Positions 8,135-18,325 of a stretch of DNA of 57,403 bases are shown in pieces (position 1 is the stretch's first letter; every line of letters starts with the position of its first letter). The DNA comes from Coxiellaceae bacterium (GTDB taxonomy: Bacteria; Pseudomonadota; Gammaproteobacteria; Coxiellales; Coxiellaceae): assembly GCA_021731545.1 (NCBI GenBank), contig JAKFXE010000019.1:1-57403 (forward strand). Direction: 5' to 3'. Under the pieces are notes generated by a model. It was not told the origin of the DNA and did no database searches. It worked only from the letters and a program-made list of their open reading frames with translations. The position numbers and the translations under genes were made by a program.

Positions 8135-9562
8135 ATGCTGTTTTTACGCGGTATTATGTGCCTGCTGTGGCTGTGGACGGCGAGTAACTTAGCGGCCAGC
8201 CCTCAAACACTCCCCGCCCCTCAGGCTTCAGCGCGTGCGCCCAAAGCTTTGAGTGTGCGCGATGCGATTTTATTGGCGCTGCGCAACAACCCTGATGTGA
8301 AAAGCGACGAGCTTCAGCGCGTGGTGGATAAATTTGCTTTGGAGGTGGCGCAGAATGTTTTTGCTCCGCAATATACTTTGACAGGCACTGCAGCTTATCA
8401 GAAGGGCTCGCAAGCCGAATACAGTATTGCCCCGGGGATTAGTATTGCTACACCCATTGGAACGAGTGCCGCCGTCACCTATGAGAACGCCATTGGGGGT
8501 GAGCTGGGAAGCACTAACTTAGGCACGACGAATTTCAATATTACCCAACCTTTATTGCAAGGTTTTGGGACTGCGGTGAATAAAGCCCCTTTGCAAAATG
8601 CCGAAGATGCGGAGTGGATGGCTAAACTCCATTTTAAACATAATATTTCAGTGGTGGTGGCGGCTGTGGTGCGCCAGTATTATGCTTTGATGGCCGATGC
8701 GCATGCGATGAGCGTGCAACAAAAAAGCTTGGGTCAGGCGGCTGAAATTTTAAGGCAATTTAAACTAAAATTAGAATTAGGAAAAATTGCTTCCAGCGAT
8801 GTGGTGCAACAAGAGGCTACTTATGCAGCCACTCAATTGAGTTTGGCGCAGCAAGGCATTACACAGGCCCAAGATTATCAGTTTTTTCTGCAGTTATTGG
8901 GCTTGGATCCTGATTCCCAACTGAAGATACAAACACAGTTAGGTGTGCGAGAGCGCTCCCGTATCCCCAGCGTTAAGCACAGCATTGAACGGGCTTTAAA
9001 ACAGAATCCTCAATATCAAATTGCCTTGGCGAATTTGCGCATTTTAAAGCGCGCTGTGGTGATCGCTCAAGACCAGCAGCGCTGGCAAGTGGATTTGACC
9101 TATAACAAAGCGATTGGCAATATTGGCAGCGGCAGTTTGGTGGATCAGCATCCGATTTATGGGGTGAGTTTAAATGTCCCTATTCATGATTTGCCCCGGC
9201 AGCAGCAACTGGTTAATGCTAAGATCGCCTATGACCAGGGACGCTTGGCTTTGGAAAAGCTACGCCGGGCTTTGATCAGCAGCGTGATGATTGAATTAAA
9301 AAACATTCACAGCTTGTATCAGCAAATTAATTTAGCTGAGCTGAGTGTTTCGTATCAACAAAAAGTATTAAAAGCCACCGCACTGAAGCAGCGTTATGGG
9401 AAAGCCTCAGCCTTTGATTTAAGTCAGCAACAAATGCTCTTGTTGCAACAAGAGCTGAATGCCATTCATCAAAAAATGGCGCTGATGAATGCGCTGGAGA
9501 ATTTAAATTTAATATTGGGGATTACGCTGCGAGAATGGGGTGTTGAATATGCCCGCGATTAA
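8135..9562 (+). CDS. TolC-family outer membrane efflux protein
   Basis: Signal peptide, two-repeat OEP-like architecture, and first gene of an adaptor/ABC operon. Confidence 0.85.
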   Translation: MLFLRGIMCLLWLWTASNLAASPQTLPAPQASARAPKALSVRDAILLALRNNPDVKSDELQRVVDKFALEVAQNVFAPQYTLTGTAAYQKGSQAEYSIAPGISIATPIGTSAAVTYENAIGGELGSTNLGTTNFNITQPLLQGFGTAVNKAPLQNAEDAEWMAKLHFKHNISVVVAAVVRQYYALMADAHAMSVQQKSLGQAAEILRQFKLKLELGKIASSDVVQQEATYAATQLSLAQQGITQAQDYQFFLQLLGLDPDSQLKIQTQLGVRERSRIPSVKHSIERALKQNPQYQIALANLRILKRAVVIAQDQQRWQVDLTYNKAIGNIGSGSLVDQHPIYGVSLNVPIHDLPRQQQLVNAKIAYDQGRLALEKLRRALISSVMIELKNIHSLYQQINLAELSVSYQQKVLKATALKQRYGKASAFDLSQQQMLLLQQELNAIHQKMALMNALENLNLILGITLREWGVEYARD

Positions 9563-9600
9563 ACCTCCCCACTTTCGAAAAGAGTGTTGAAAATTTTTTG

Positions 9601-9656
9601 TGTAGGGGCGCCCCTTGTGTGCGCCCGCTTTTTCTTTTGGGTGGACACAAGACCCA
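9601..9656 (+). repeat. Family-A palindromic element
   Basis: TGTAGGGGCGCCCCTTGTGTGCGCCCG-CTTTTTCTTTT-GGGTGGACACAAGACCC. The 3' arm is partly decayed. Confidence 0.8.
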
Positions 9657-9688
9657 TCTGATGTGAGCACCGCTAGGAGATATGCATC

Positions 9689-10843
9689 ATGTACAGATTG
9701 ATTTTTGCTTTGCTGTTGTGCGCTCTGCTTTTGGGCTGTGATTCAAGCACGGCCCCTGCTCCTAAAAAATCTACCTGGATAACGCTAAAAAAATCTTCTG
9801 GTGAAACCCATTTGTATTATGAAGGGCGTATCGTTCCCGCGGAGGCCACACCCTTGATTTCTGAAATAGAGGGTACTGTGAATGCCTTGAAATTTCAGTA
9901 TGGGGATTCGGTGCAGCAGGGCCAAGTTTTATTGCAGCTCAGCTCGCCTCAGCGGGCGAATGAATTTCATGAAGCTTTAAGTCATTATCTGCAACAAAAA
10001 AATACCTATGAATCGGCGCGAAAATCCTATCGCGCTGCGCGGGCCTTGCAAAAAGCGGGTGTGATTTCGCAGGAAGAATATCAGGCTGAAAAAAATAATG
10101 TAGATTCCACTCATTTGGCGTATTTTCAAGCGAAGCAAGGCTTGGAAAAGGTATTGCAATGGACTTCCTTAAATTCTGCTGAAATTGAGCGTTTAGCACT
10201 AAAAGATACTTCAGAAATCCAGCGCTGGCTGCACACGGATTTTAATAAGCTCGATATTCTGGCGCCCATCAGTGGCACAGTCTTTATGCCGCCTATGAAT
10301 GAGGCAACGAATTCAATCTCAAATTCTACATTGAGCGTGGGCAGCTCTATTAAAGTGGGTCAAGTGCTGGCCTTGATTGCCGATGCGCAACGCTTGGGTG
10401 TGTTATTGAAAGTGCATGAGGCGGATATCAACGCGATTCATGTGGGGGAACACGTGATGGTTACGGGTCTTGCTTTTCCTGAGCAGAAAATGCTTGGCAC
10501 TATTGTAGCAGTAGCCTCGCAAGCACAATCGCCCACAGAAAGTGCTGCGGATGCCAGTCTCTTTGCCGTTAGAGTAGAGATTCCGCGCATCACAGCAGAG
10601 GAGGCCCAAAAAATTCGTGTGGGAATGAGTGCTCAAGTGGATATTGTCATTCATCCCGGCGTGCAATTAATGCTACCGCTCAATGCCGTGCATACCGAAC
10701 ATGATCAATCTTGGGTGGAGAAAAAAAATCCTAAAACACAGCGCATTGAAAAAGCGAGGGTGCGCACCGGAATGACTACGGCTACCGAAGTGAGCATTGT
10801 GCAAGGATTGCAAGAAGGTGATCAGGTTCGAGTCTATGAGTGA
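9689..10843 (+). CDS. Periplasmic adaptor (HlyD/MacA-type membrane fusion lipoprotein)
   Basis: LLLGC lipobox, coiled-coil hairpin region and beta-barrel C-terminus. Overlaps the next gene by 8 nt. Confidence 0.85.
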   Translation: MYRLIFALLLCALLLGCDSSTAPAPKKSTWITLKKSSGETHLYYEGRIVPAEATPLISEIEGTVNALKFQYGDSVQQGQVLLQLSSPQRANEFHEALSHYLQQKNTYESARKSYRAARALQKAGVISQEEYQAEKNNVDSTHLAYFQAKQGLEKVLQWTSLNSAEIERLALKDTSEIQRWLHTDFNKLDILAPISGTVFMPPMNEATNSISNSTLSVGSSIKVGQVLALIADAQRLGVLLKVHEADINAIHVGEHVMVTGLAFPEQKMLGTIVAVASQAQSPTESAADASLFAVRVEIPRITAEEAQKIRVGMSAQVDIVIHPGVQLMLPLNAVHTEHDQSWVEKKNPKTQRIEKARVRTGMTTATEVSIVQGLQEGDQVRVYE

Positions 10844-11501
10844 GCTTTTGGTTGAGGTAAAGCATTTAAGCAAGCGGTATTCAGCACGCACAGTCTTGCA
10901 CGATATTAATTTCAGCATGGGTTCTGCAGAAAGCGTCGCGATTATGGGTCCTTCGGGCGCGGGGAAATCCACCTTATTATCCATCTTGGGTTTGTTAACA
11001 CCACCCAGCGCGGGAGAGTATTATTTGCAAGGTGTTGAAGTGGCATCGATGTCCAGCGATGAGCGCGCGCAGTATCGTAATCGCGCGCTGGGCTTTATTT
11101 TTCAATTTTTTTTGTTGTTGCCCACCTTGACGGTTTTGGAAAATGTAGTGCTGCCTTTAAGCTATTCAAAATCTTCTGAGGAAGGCGCTAATCGAGCGCT
11201 AAGGCTATTAACGCGTTTAAACGTACAGGATTATGCTGATGCAAAGCCCTCTGTATTATCGGGAGGCCAACAGCAACGCGTAGCGATAGCGCGGGCATTG
11301 ATTAATCGGCCTTCTTTAATTTTAGCGGATGAGCCTACCGGATCTTTAGATCGTGATACCGGTCAAGCGGTGCTGGAGTCTTTGTTTGAACTAAAAGAAC
11401 GAGATGAGATGAGTATGATTGTAGTGACACATGCGTCTGAAATAGCCGAGCAATGCGATCGAGTCTTGTTTTTGCGAGAAGGAGTCTTAAGCGAACGATG
11501 A
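10836..11501 (+). CDS. ABC transporter ATP-binding protein (MacB/LolD-like)
   Basis: GPSGAGKST Walker [16 protein letters not shown] signature, LILADEPTG Walker B. Start moved to ATG 10836 ([15 protein letters not shown]). Confidence 0.9.
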   Translation: MSELLVEVKHLSKRYSARTVLHDINFSMGSAESVAIMGPSGAGKSTLLSILGLLTPPSAGEYYLQGVEVASMSSDERAQYRNRALGFIFQFFLLLPTLTVLENVVLPLSYSKSSEEGANRALRLLTRLNVQDYADAKPSVLSGGQQQRVAIARALINRPSLILADEPTGSLDRDTGQAVLESLFELKERDEMSMIVVTHASEIAEQCDRVLFLREGVLSER

Positions 11502-12691
11502 AAAGAGGCTTAGTGCTAAAAACAGCTTTTTGTAATCTGCGTCAACATCGTTTGAGATCGCTATTGGCGCTGCTGGGTATTGGGATGGGCAGCGCGGCGA
11601 TTGTGGCTTTGTTATCCAGTACAAGTCTGGCTACACAAGAAGCGATGCAGCAATTTAAACAACTGGGTACGCATTTTTTGGTGGTTAATTTGGGTCAAAA
11701 AAAAGCAGAGATCCATCGTGCAGCACCTTCATTATCGTTTAGCCTCACAGAAACCCAGCGCTTGAAAGAACGCAATTCCGCTATTCAGCGCATTACACCT
11801 TATTTTTTTGTGAATGAGGCTTTGTATTACAAGGCGCAAGCTGTCGAGGGTTTTGTAATGGCGGTCAGAGCGCCTTTGCAATCGATGCTGGGTATTCGTC
11901 TATCCGAGGGGCGCTTTATTTCAGATTTGGATCGCTACAGCTCTTACTGTGTGATTGGCGCGGAGATTGCAGAGCAGTTGCGACAAAAAGGTCTGAGCAA
12001 TCCCCTGGGCCAGCCTTTAAAAATAGGTTCGCTTTTGTTTACAGTGATCGGAGTCTTGCAGCCGATGGGCAGCAGCTTATTTTTAATGGCGGATTTAAAT
12101 CAAGCGGTATTGTTACCCATGGCGCGTGCCTATTTATTTAATCGGGCTGCCAGCATGGATGCGCTGCTGGTGCAATTAAGAGCCAATGCGGATTATAGAT
12201 CGGTGCAAGCAGAGTTGAAATCAGAATTGATGCGCGCGCATCCCAATGCACTTATCGATATTCGCAATCCTCAACAACTCTTTGCTGTGATGCTAAAGCA
12301 GCGACACACCTTTAATGCCTTGTTGATTAGCATAGCGGTGATGGCTCTTTTGATGGGGGGTGTGGGCATCATGAACATACTGTGGGTGGCGGTGAATGAG
12401 CGGCGCAGCGAAATTGGGCTGCGATTGGCGCTGGGCGCGCGCAAGCGAGATATAGCTCAACTGTTTTTAATGGAAGCTCTGCTCTTGAGTGTTGTGGGCG
12501 GAATGCTGGGGGTATTGAGTGGCCAGTTAGGGGTCTTTTTATTAGCCCGTGGCCTGCATTGGAGCTTTAGTGCCAATGTCATAGCCTGTGGAGCTGGCTT
12601 TGCTGTGGCCCTTATTGTCGGTATAGTGGCGGGAAGTTATCCGGCCTATCGAGCTGCCCAAGCGCAGCCGATGGAGATCTTATTTAATTAA
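11498..12691 (+). CDS. ABC transporter permease, MacB/FtsX type
   Basis: N-terminal TM helix, large periplasmic domain, and a C-terminal FtsX-like 3-TM bundle. ATGA overlap with the ATPase stop codon. Confidence 0.9.
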   Translation: MKRGLVLKTAFCNLRQHRLRSLLALLGIGMGSAAIVALLSSTSLATQEAMQQFKQLGTHFLVVNLGQKKAEIHRAAPSLSFSLTETQRLKERNSAIQRITPYFFVNEALYYKAQAVEGFVMAVRAPLQSMLGIRLSEGRFISDLDRYSSYCVIGAEIAEQLRQKGLSNPLGQPLKIGSLLFTVIGVLQPMGSSLFLMADLNQAVLLPMARAYLFNRAASMDALLVQLRANADYRSVQAELKSELMRAHPNALIDIRNPQQLFAVMLKQRHTFNALLISIAVMALLMGGVGIMNILWVAVNERRSEIGLRLALGARKRDIAQLFLMEALLLSVVGGMLGVLSGQLGVFLLARGLHWSFSANVIACGAGFAVALIVGIVAGSYPAYRAAQAQPMEILFN

Positions 12692-12729
12692 ACTGAGGTC
12701 AGGGTGGTGTCAGAGCCTGCCCGAAAACA

Positions 12730-14103
12730 ATGAAAATTATCATACTGGGCGCGGGTCAAGTCGGCGGATCTTTGGCGGAAAGCCTGTCGTTGGAAAAGCA
12801 TGATGTAACTTTGGTCGATATTAGCGAATCACGCTTACAAGAACTGCAAGAAAAGTTGGATTTGCGCACGGTGTTGGGGCGCTGTTCTTATCCGGATGTT
12901 TTGCGTCAAGCGGGCGCTGATGAAGCCGATATGATCATTGCCGTAACCGACAACGACGAAGCGAATATGGTTGCCTGCCAAGTGGCCTATTCGCTTTTTA
13001 ATACACCGATGAAAATCGCGCGCATTCGTTCGCAACATTATTTAATTCGTAAAGAGCTCTTTGATAAAGATCATTTGCCCATTGATTTATTTATTAGCCC
13101 AGAACAATTGGTGACGCATTATGTCCAAGAACTCCTTGAGCATCCCGGCGCTTTACAGGTAATTGATTTTGCAGAGAGTAAAATTAAATTGTTAGCGGTC
13201 AAGCCTTTTTATGGGGCGCCTTTGGTCGGAAAAACCTTGGCTCAACTGCCTCAGTATATTCCTGATATGCCTATGCGTGTGGTGGCTATTTTTAGAAATG
13301 ATCATTCTATTGAATTGAGCGGTGAAACCAGCATTGAAATTGGGGACGAGGTGTTTTTTATTGCGGCCACAGAACACGTTAATCCTATTATGTCGGCTCT
13401 TCGCCGAGCGGAAGAGCCTTATAAACGAATTATGATTGCAGGTGGCGGTAATATTGGTTCTTGTTTGGCAGAAGTTTTGGAAAATGAATATCAAGTGAAG
13501 TTAGTTGAATTGGATCGAAAACGTTGCGAAATTTTGTCCGAAAATTTAAAAAATACCACCGTGTTGTGTGGTGAGGGATCGGATAAAAATTTATTATTGA
13601 GTGAGAATATCGAGCATATTGATGTATTTTGCGCCGTGACCAATGATGATGAGGCCAATATCATGGCCTGCCTACAAGCTAAGCGCTTGGGTGTTAAGCA
13701 AGTGATGGCCCTAATTACGCGCACAGCCTATGTGGATTTGATTGAAGGAGGCAGTATTAATATTGCTATTTCACCTCAGCAAACTACTATTGGCTTTATT
13801 TTAACGCAGATTCGCCGTGGAGATGCGGTGAGCGTGCATTCATTGCGGCGGGGTGCAGCGGAAGCCATTGAATTGATTGCACACGGTGATGCTAAAAGCT
13901 CTAAAGTGGTTGGGCGCGCCTTGGGAAAAATTAAATTACCCAAAGGAGCTACCATTGGCGCTATTGTGCGCCAAGGCGAAGCCATGATTGCAGAAAATGA
14001 TCTTATAGTTGAGACAGAAGATCATGTGATTTTATTTGTATCGGATAAGAGAACCATTGGCGAAGTAGAAAAATTATTTCAAGTGAAATCCACTTTTTTT
14101 TAG
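12730..14103 (+). CDS. trkA: Trk potassium uptake protein TrkA
   Basis: MKIIILGAGQVGGSLA and a second IAGGGNIGSCLA Rossmann motif, 457 aa. Confidence 0.95.
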   Translation: MKIIILGAGQVGGSLAESLSLEKHDVTLVDISESRLQELQEKLDLRTVLGRCSYPDVLRQAGADEADMIIAVTDNDEANMVACQVAYSLFNTPMKIARIRSQHYLIRKELFDKDHLPIDLFISPEQLVTHYVQELLEHPGALQVIDFAESKIKLLAVKPFYGAPLVGKTLAQLPQYIPDMPMRVVAIFRNDHSIELSGETSIEIGDEVFFIAATEHVNPIMSALRRAEEPYKRIMIAGGGNIGSCLAEVLENEYQVKLVELDRKRCEILSENLKNTTVLCGEGSDKNLLLSENIEHIDVFCAVTNDDEANIMACLQAKRLGVKQVMALITRTAYVDLIEGGSINIAISPQQTTIGFILTQIRRGDAVSVHSLRRGAAEAIELIAHGDAKSSKVVGRALGKIKLPKGATIGAIVRQGEAMIAENDLIVETEDHVILFVSDKRTIGEVEKLFQVKSTFF

Positions 14104-14135
14104 GGTCAGATAGGTGTCAGACACCTATCTGACCC
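14103..14135. repeat. Perfect 33-nt palindrome GGGTCAGATAGGTGTC-A-GACACCTATCTGACCC
   Basis: Read directly. It begins on the last base of the trkA stop codon. Related half-motifs occur at 12697..12717 and 8074..8092. Confidence 0.85.
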
Positions 14136-14162
14136 CTGTCTGGCCCCGGGAGCCCTATTTAA

Positions 14163-15614
14163 ATGCGTTTTGCTGCTACATTTAAGGTGCTGGGTATTTT
14201 GTTGATGATGTTTAGTCTCAGCATGTTGCCTCCCGTTGCGGTAGCGCTTTGGTATCATGAGCCCTTGATGGATTCTTTTCTGTGGAGTTTTACCATTACA
14301 TTGACGACGGGCTGGATATTGTGGTTGTTTACGCGAAGCTCCAAACAGGATTTAAAAACACGTGATGGATTTCTGGTGGTGGTTTTGTTTTGGACCGTGC
14401 TCTCCTGCTTTGGGTCCATACCCTTGATGAGCGACCCTGTTCATACTTTGTCTTTGACGGATGCTATTTTTGAATCGACTTCAGGGCTAACCACAACGGG
14501 AGCCACGATCTTATCTCATTTATCTTTGCTGCCGCGCTCTGTTTTATATTATCGGCAGCAGCTGGAATTTTTAGGGGGTATGGGAATTATCGTATTGGCG
14601 GTAGCCATTTTACCGATGTTGGGTATTGGCGGTATGCAACTCTGTCGAGCGGAAATAGCGGGGCCGATTAAAAATGCAAAGCTTAGGCCGCGTATGAAAG
14701 AAACAGCCAAGGCGCTCTGGTCCATCTATGTGGGTTTAACAATAGCCTGTGCTTTTTGTTTTTGGATTTCAGGCATGAATTTATTTGATGCCATCACCGA
14801 GAGCTTTGGAACGGTTTCAACCGGAGGTTTTTCAACGCACGACAGCAGCTTTGAGTATTATCACAGCGAGGCGGTTAATCTGATTGCTATTGGGTTTATG
14901 CTCTTGGGCGCGATTAATTTCGCGCTGCATTTTCAATTTATGCGTCATAGAAAAGTAGCTTTGTATTTTAAAGACCCAGAGCTCAGAGCCTATTTGCTTA
15001 TTTTAGGCGTGGTTATTTTAGTCACATTGGTCACGCTTTTATTCACACACTCGGGTTATGATTCTTGGCATGGCTTTATAAATGCTGCTTTTACAGTAGT
15101 TTCAATGAGCACTACAACGGGAACGCTGGCGGTTAATTTTAATCAATGGCCTACTTTTTTGCCTTATTTAATGATGTTGATGGCTATTGTGGGAGGTTGT
15201 TCTGCTTCTACCAGCGGAGGTTTAAAGGTTATTCGTTTGTTGGTCGTGCGTGAGCAAAGCCTACGTGAATTGGGACGCTTGATTCACCCGCGCGCGGTAT
15301 TGGCGATTAAATTGGGTGAGAATGTATTGCCTGAGAGCATATTGCATGCGGTATGGGGCTTTATGTCGGTGTTTATGGCGCTGTTTGTGTTGTTGGTGTT
15401 GGCGTTGCTGGCCGTAGGTTTGGATTTTGAAACAGCCTTTAGTGCGGTGGCGGCTTGCTTATCCAATACGGGCAGCGGATTGGGTCAAGTGGCGGCCAAT
15501 TTTGCTGAGCTGCCTCAAAGCTGCAAGTGGATTTTGATCTTTGCCATGTTGGCAGGACGACTGGAAATCTTTACACTCTTGGTTTTATTTATGCCCAGCT
15601 ATTGGAAGCGTTAA
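14163..15614 (+). CDS. trkH: Trk potassium uptake permease TrkH
   Basis: Polytopic 483-aa protein with TTTG/STGG selectivity-filter-like motifs, adjacent to trkA. Confidence 0.95.
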   Translation: MRFAATFKVLGILLMMFSLSMLPPVAVALWYHEPLMDSFLWSFTITLTTGWILWLFTRSSKQDLKTRDGFLVVVLFWTVLSCFGSIPLMSDPVHTLSLTDAIFESTSGLTTTGATILSHLSLLPRSVLYYRQQLEFLGGMGIIVLAVAILPMLGIGGMQLCRAEIAGPIKNAKLRPRMKETAKALWSIYVGLTIACAFCFWISGMNLFDAITESFGTVSTGGFSTHDSSFEYYHSEAVNLIAIGFMLLGAINFALHFQFMRHRKVALYFKDPELRAYLLILGVVILVTLVTLLFTHSGYDSWHGFINAAFTVVSMSTTTGTLAVNFNQWPTFLPYLMMLMAIVGGCSASTSGGLKVIRLLVVREQSLRELGRLIHPRAVLAIKLGENVLPESILHAVWGFMSVFMALFVLLVLALLAVGLDFETAFSAVAACLSNTGSGLGQVAANFAELPQSCKWILIFAMLAGRLEIFTLLVLFMPSYWKR

Positions 15615-15622
15615 GTCATACG

Positions 15623-18310
15623 ATGATGAAAATCCCTAAAAATCCCTTTGTGTTAGTTGATGGCTCTTCTTATTTATTTCGGGCTTATCATGCTCTTCCC
15701 CCCCTTACAAATTCCAAGGGTCAGCCCAGCGGTGCTATTTACGGCGTTGTAAGCATGCTTAAAAAATTGTTGGCAGAATATCAACCTCAGCATGTAGCGG
15801 TAATCTTCGATACCAAAGGAAAAACCTTTCGTAATGATTTATACCCTGCCTATAAAGCGAATCGTTTGGTGATGCCTGATGAGCTTCAAGTTCAAATTGA
15901 GCCCCTGCATGACATTATTCGCGCCCTGGGTTTTCCATTGATCATGGTACCTGGTGTAGAGGCAGATGATGTGATTGGCACTTTGGCGTTAGCAGCACAA
16001 CAGCATAACTTGCACACATTGATTTCCACCGGCGATAAAGACATTGCCCAGTTGGTGAATGAAAAAGTAACGCTAGTGAATACCATGAGCAATACGATCT
16101 TGGATATTGTGGGGGTTAAAGAGAAGTTTGGGGTCTTGCCTGAGCAGATGATCGATTATTTAGCCCTGGTGGGAGACAGCAGCGATAATATTCCTGGTGT
16201 GCCCAAGGTGGGCCCTAAAACGGCGGCTAAATGGTTGGAAGCCTATGGAAATTTGGATGCGATTATTGAGCACAAAGACGAGATTAATGGAAAGGTCGGT
16301 GAATATCTGCGTGACAATTTAGAGCAGCTGGCCTTGGCGAAACAGTTGGTGAGCATTAAATGCGATGTGCCTTTGGAGCTCACGCCTGAACAATTGCTGC
16401 TGGCAGAGCAAGATAAAGAGCGCTTAGCTGAACTTTATACGGAGCTGGAGTTTAATAATTGGCTCACTTTATTGCGCGGCGCACCCAAGCCATTGCAGTC
16501 TAAGTCTGGCTATCAAACCATCTTAACACGCGCTGATTTTGAAACCTGGATACAAAAATTAAAAACAGCTCAAATCTTTGCCTTTGATACAGAAACCGAT
16601 AGCGTAGATGCGATGCAAGCCAATTTAGTGGGCTTGTCCTTTTCTATATCCGCAGGTGAAGCGGCTTATGTGCCTTTGGCGCACGATTATTTAGGAGCCC
16701 CGGCTCAGCTTGATAAAGCTTGGGTTCTCCAGAAATTAAAGCCCATTTTAGAAGATTCTGAAAAAACCATCATTGGCCAGAATTTAAAATTTGATTTAAA
16801 GGTGATGCAAAATGTGGGTGTGTCTATCGCTGGTCGTTTCTACGACACGATGTTGGAGTCTTATGTTTTAAGTGGCGCAGCTCAGCGCCATGATTTGGAC
16901 AGCTTGGCACAGCGTTATTTAGACCATAAAACCACGAGTTTTGTAGAGCTGGCCGGAAAAGGTTCTAAGCAACTCACTATGAATCAAATTTCCATTGAAC
17001 GAGCCAGCGCTTATGCGGCTGAAGATGCGGATCTTGCTTTGCAGTTGCATCAGTTGCTGTGGCCCAAGATTGAGGTGGATACAGATTTAAAAAAAGTGCT
17101 GTTGGACATTGAATTACCTTTAATGCCGATTTTGGCGCAGATGGAGTATGCGGGTATTTTGGTGGATGCGGACTTGCTGCATCAACAGAGTGCTGTTTTA
17201 GAGAAACGTTTGAAGGAATTGGAGACAGAAATATATCAGCAGGCAGGGATGGAGTTTAATATTGCTTCTCCTGCGCAATTGCAGCAGGTTTTATATGAGA
17301 AAATGGGATTACCCAGCACTAAAAAGACGCCCACCGGTCAGGCTTCCACCTCTGAAAGCGTGTTGCAAGAACTGGCCTTAACCTATCCCCTACCCAAGTT
17401 ATTATTGGAATACCGCAGCTTAAGTAAATTAAAATCGACGTATACGGATCGCTTGCCTGAAGAAATTAATCCCAAAACAGGTCGAGTACACACGTCTTTT
17501 CGTCAGTCTGTGACTTCCACCGGAAGGCTGTCTTCACAAGACCCCAATTTGCAAAATATCCCCATTAAAACTGCGGCGGGTCGACAAATTCGACAAGCCT
17601 TTATTGCTCCCAAGGGCTATCAGCTACTGTCTGCCGATTATTCGCAAATTGAATTACGCATTATGGCGCATTTATCACAGGATTCGGGCTTATTAAAGGC
17701 CTTTGCCGAGGGCCTAGATGTGCATCGAGCGACGGCGGCAGAAGTGTTGGGTATTCCGCTCAAAGAGGTGACGAATGAACAACGTCGCAGCGCTAAGGCT
17801 ATTAATTTTGGTTTGATTTATGGAATGTCCGCTTTTGGTTTAGCGCAACAACTGGGTGTTGAGCGTGGTGAGGCTCAGGAATATATGGATATTTATTTCA
17901 AGCGCTATCCGGGTGTGCAGGCCTATATGGAAAAAGTGCGTGAAGAGGCTCGTCAGAAGGGATATGTGAGCACTTTGTTTGGACGAAAATTGTGGGTACC
18001 CGATATTAATAATAAAAACGTGCTATTGCGAAAAGCCGCTGAGCGTGCAGCGATTAATGCACCTCTACAAGGAACCGCTGCGGATGTCATCAAGCTGGCG
18101 ATGATTAAAATGGATCAATGGTTGAAGACTTCTGCGCTGGATGCGAGAATGTTGCTTCAGGTGCACGATGAATTGGTTTTTGAAGTGGCTGACTCAGCGC
18201 TGGAACAGTTGAGGCAAAAAGTGGAAGACATCATGATTCATGCGGTCACACTGTCTGTTCCATTGTTGGTGGAAGTGGGTGTGGGACACAATTGGGATGA
18301 GGCACATTAA
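15623..18310 (+). CDS. polA: DNA polymerase I
   Basis: 5'-nuclease domain (VDGSSYLFRAYHA), 3'-5' exonuclease domain (FDTETDS), and polymerase motifs (DYSQIELR, QVHDELVFE). Start moved to ATG 15623, downstream of the trkH stop. Confidence 0.97.
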   Translation: MMKIPKNPFVLVDGSSYLFRAYHALPPLTNSKGQPSGAIYGVVSMLKKLLAEYQPQHVAVIFDTKGKTFRNDLYPAYKANRLVMPDELQVQIEPLHDIIRALGFPLIMVPGVEADDVIGTLALAAQQHNLHTLISTGDKDIAQLVNEKVTLVNTMSNTILDIVGVKEKFGVLPEQMIDYLALVGDSSDNIPGVPKVGPKTAAKWLEAYGNLDAIIEHKDEINGKVGEYLRDNLEQLALAKQLVSIKCDVPLELTPEQLLLAEQDKERLAELYTELEFNNWLTLLRGAPKPLQSKSGYQTILTRADFETWIQKLKTAQIFAFDTETDSVDAMQANLVGLSFSISAGEAAYVPLAHDYLGAPAQLDKAWVLQKLKPILEDSEKTIIGQNLKFDLKVMQNVGVSIAGRFYDTMLESYVLSGAAQRHDLDSLAQRYLDHKTTSFVELAGKGSKQLTMNQISIERASAYAAEDADLALQLHQLLWPKIEVDTDLKKVLLDIELPLMPILAQMEYAGILVDADLLHQQSAVLEKRLKELETEIYQQAGMEFNIASPAQLQQVLYEKMGLPSTKKTPTGQASTSESVLQELALTYPLPKLLLEYRSLSKLKSTYTDRLPEEINPKTGRVHTSFRQSVTSTGRLSSQDPNLQNIPIKTAAGRQIRQAFIAPKGYQLLSADYSQIELRIMAHLSQDSGLLKAFAEGLDVHRATAAEVLGIPLKEVTNEQRRSAKAINFGLIYGMSAFGLAQQLGVERGEAQEYMDIYFKRYPGVQAYMEKVREEARQKGYVSTLFGRKLWVPDINNKNVLLRKAAERAAINAPLQGTAADVIKLAMIKMDQWLKTSALDARMLLQVHDELVFEVADSALEQLRQKVEDIMIHAVTLSVPLLVEVGVGHNWDEAH

Positions 18311-18325
18311 AAGGGATAATGAACA

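Noticed and set aside
8135-12691. TolC / adaptor / MacB-type ABC operon as a possible novel secretion system.
   Set aside because: It has the standard tripartite MacAB-TolC-like architecture with overlapping (ATGA-type) gene junctions. Nothing is unusual beyond all three components being encoded together.
15527-15622. N-terminal extensions in the ORF track for polA. Similar extensions exist for tkt, gap, the MacB ATPase and permease, engB, EamA, sspA, uspA, rsmI, lpoA, feoB, feoC and the 45578 ATPase.
   Set aside because: The extensions overlap upstream genes or add residues absent from the conserved N-termini. Internal ATG starts restore canonical N-termini and typical ATGA/short overlaps.
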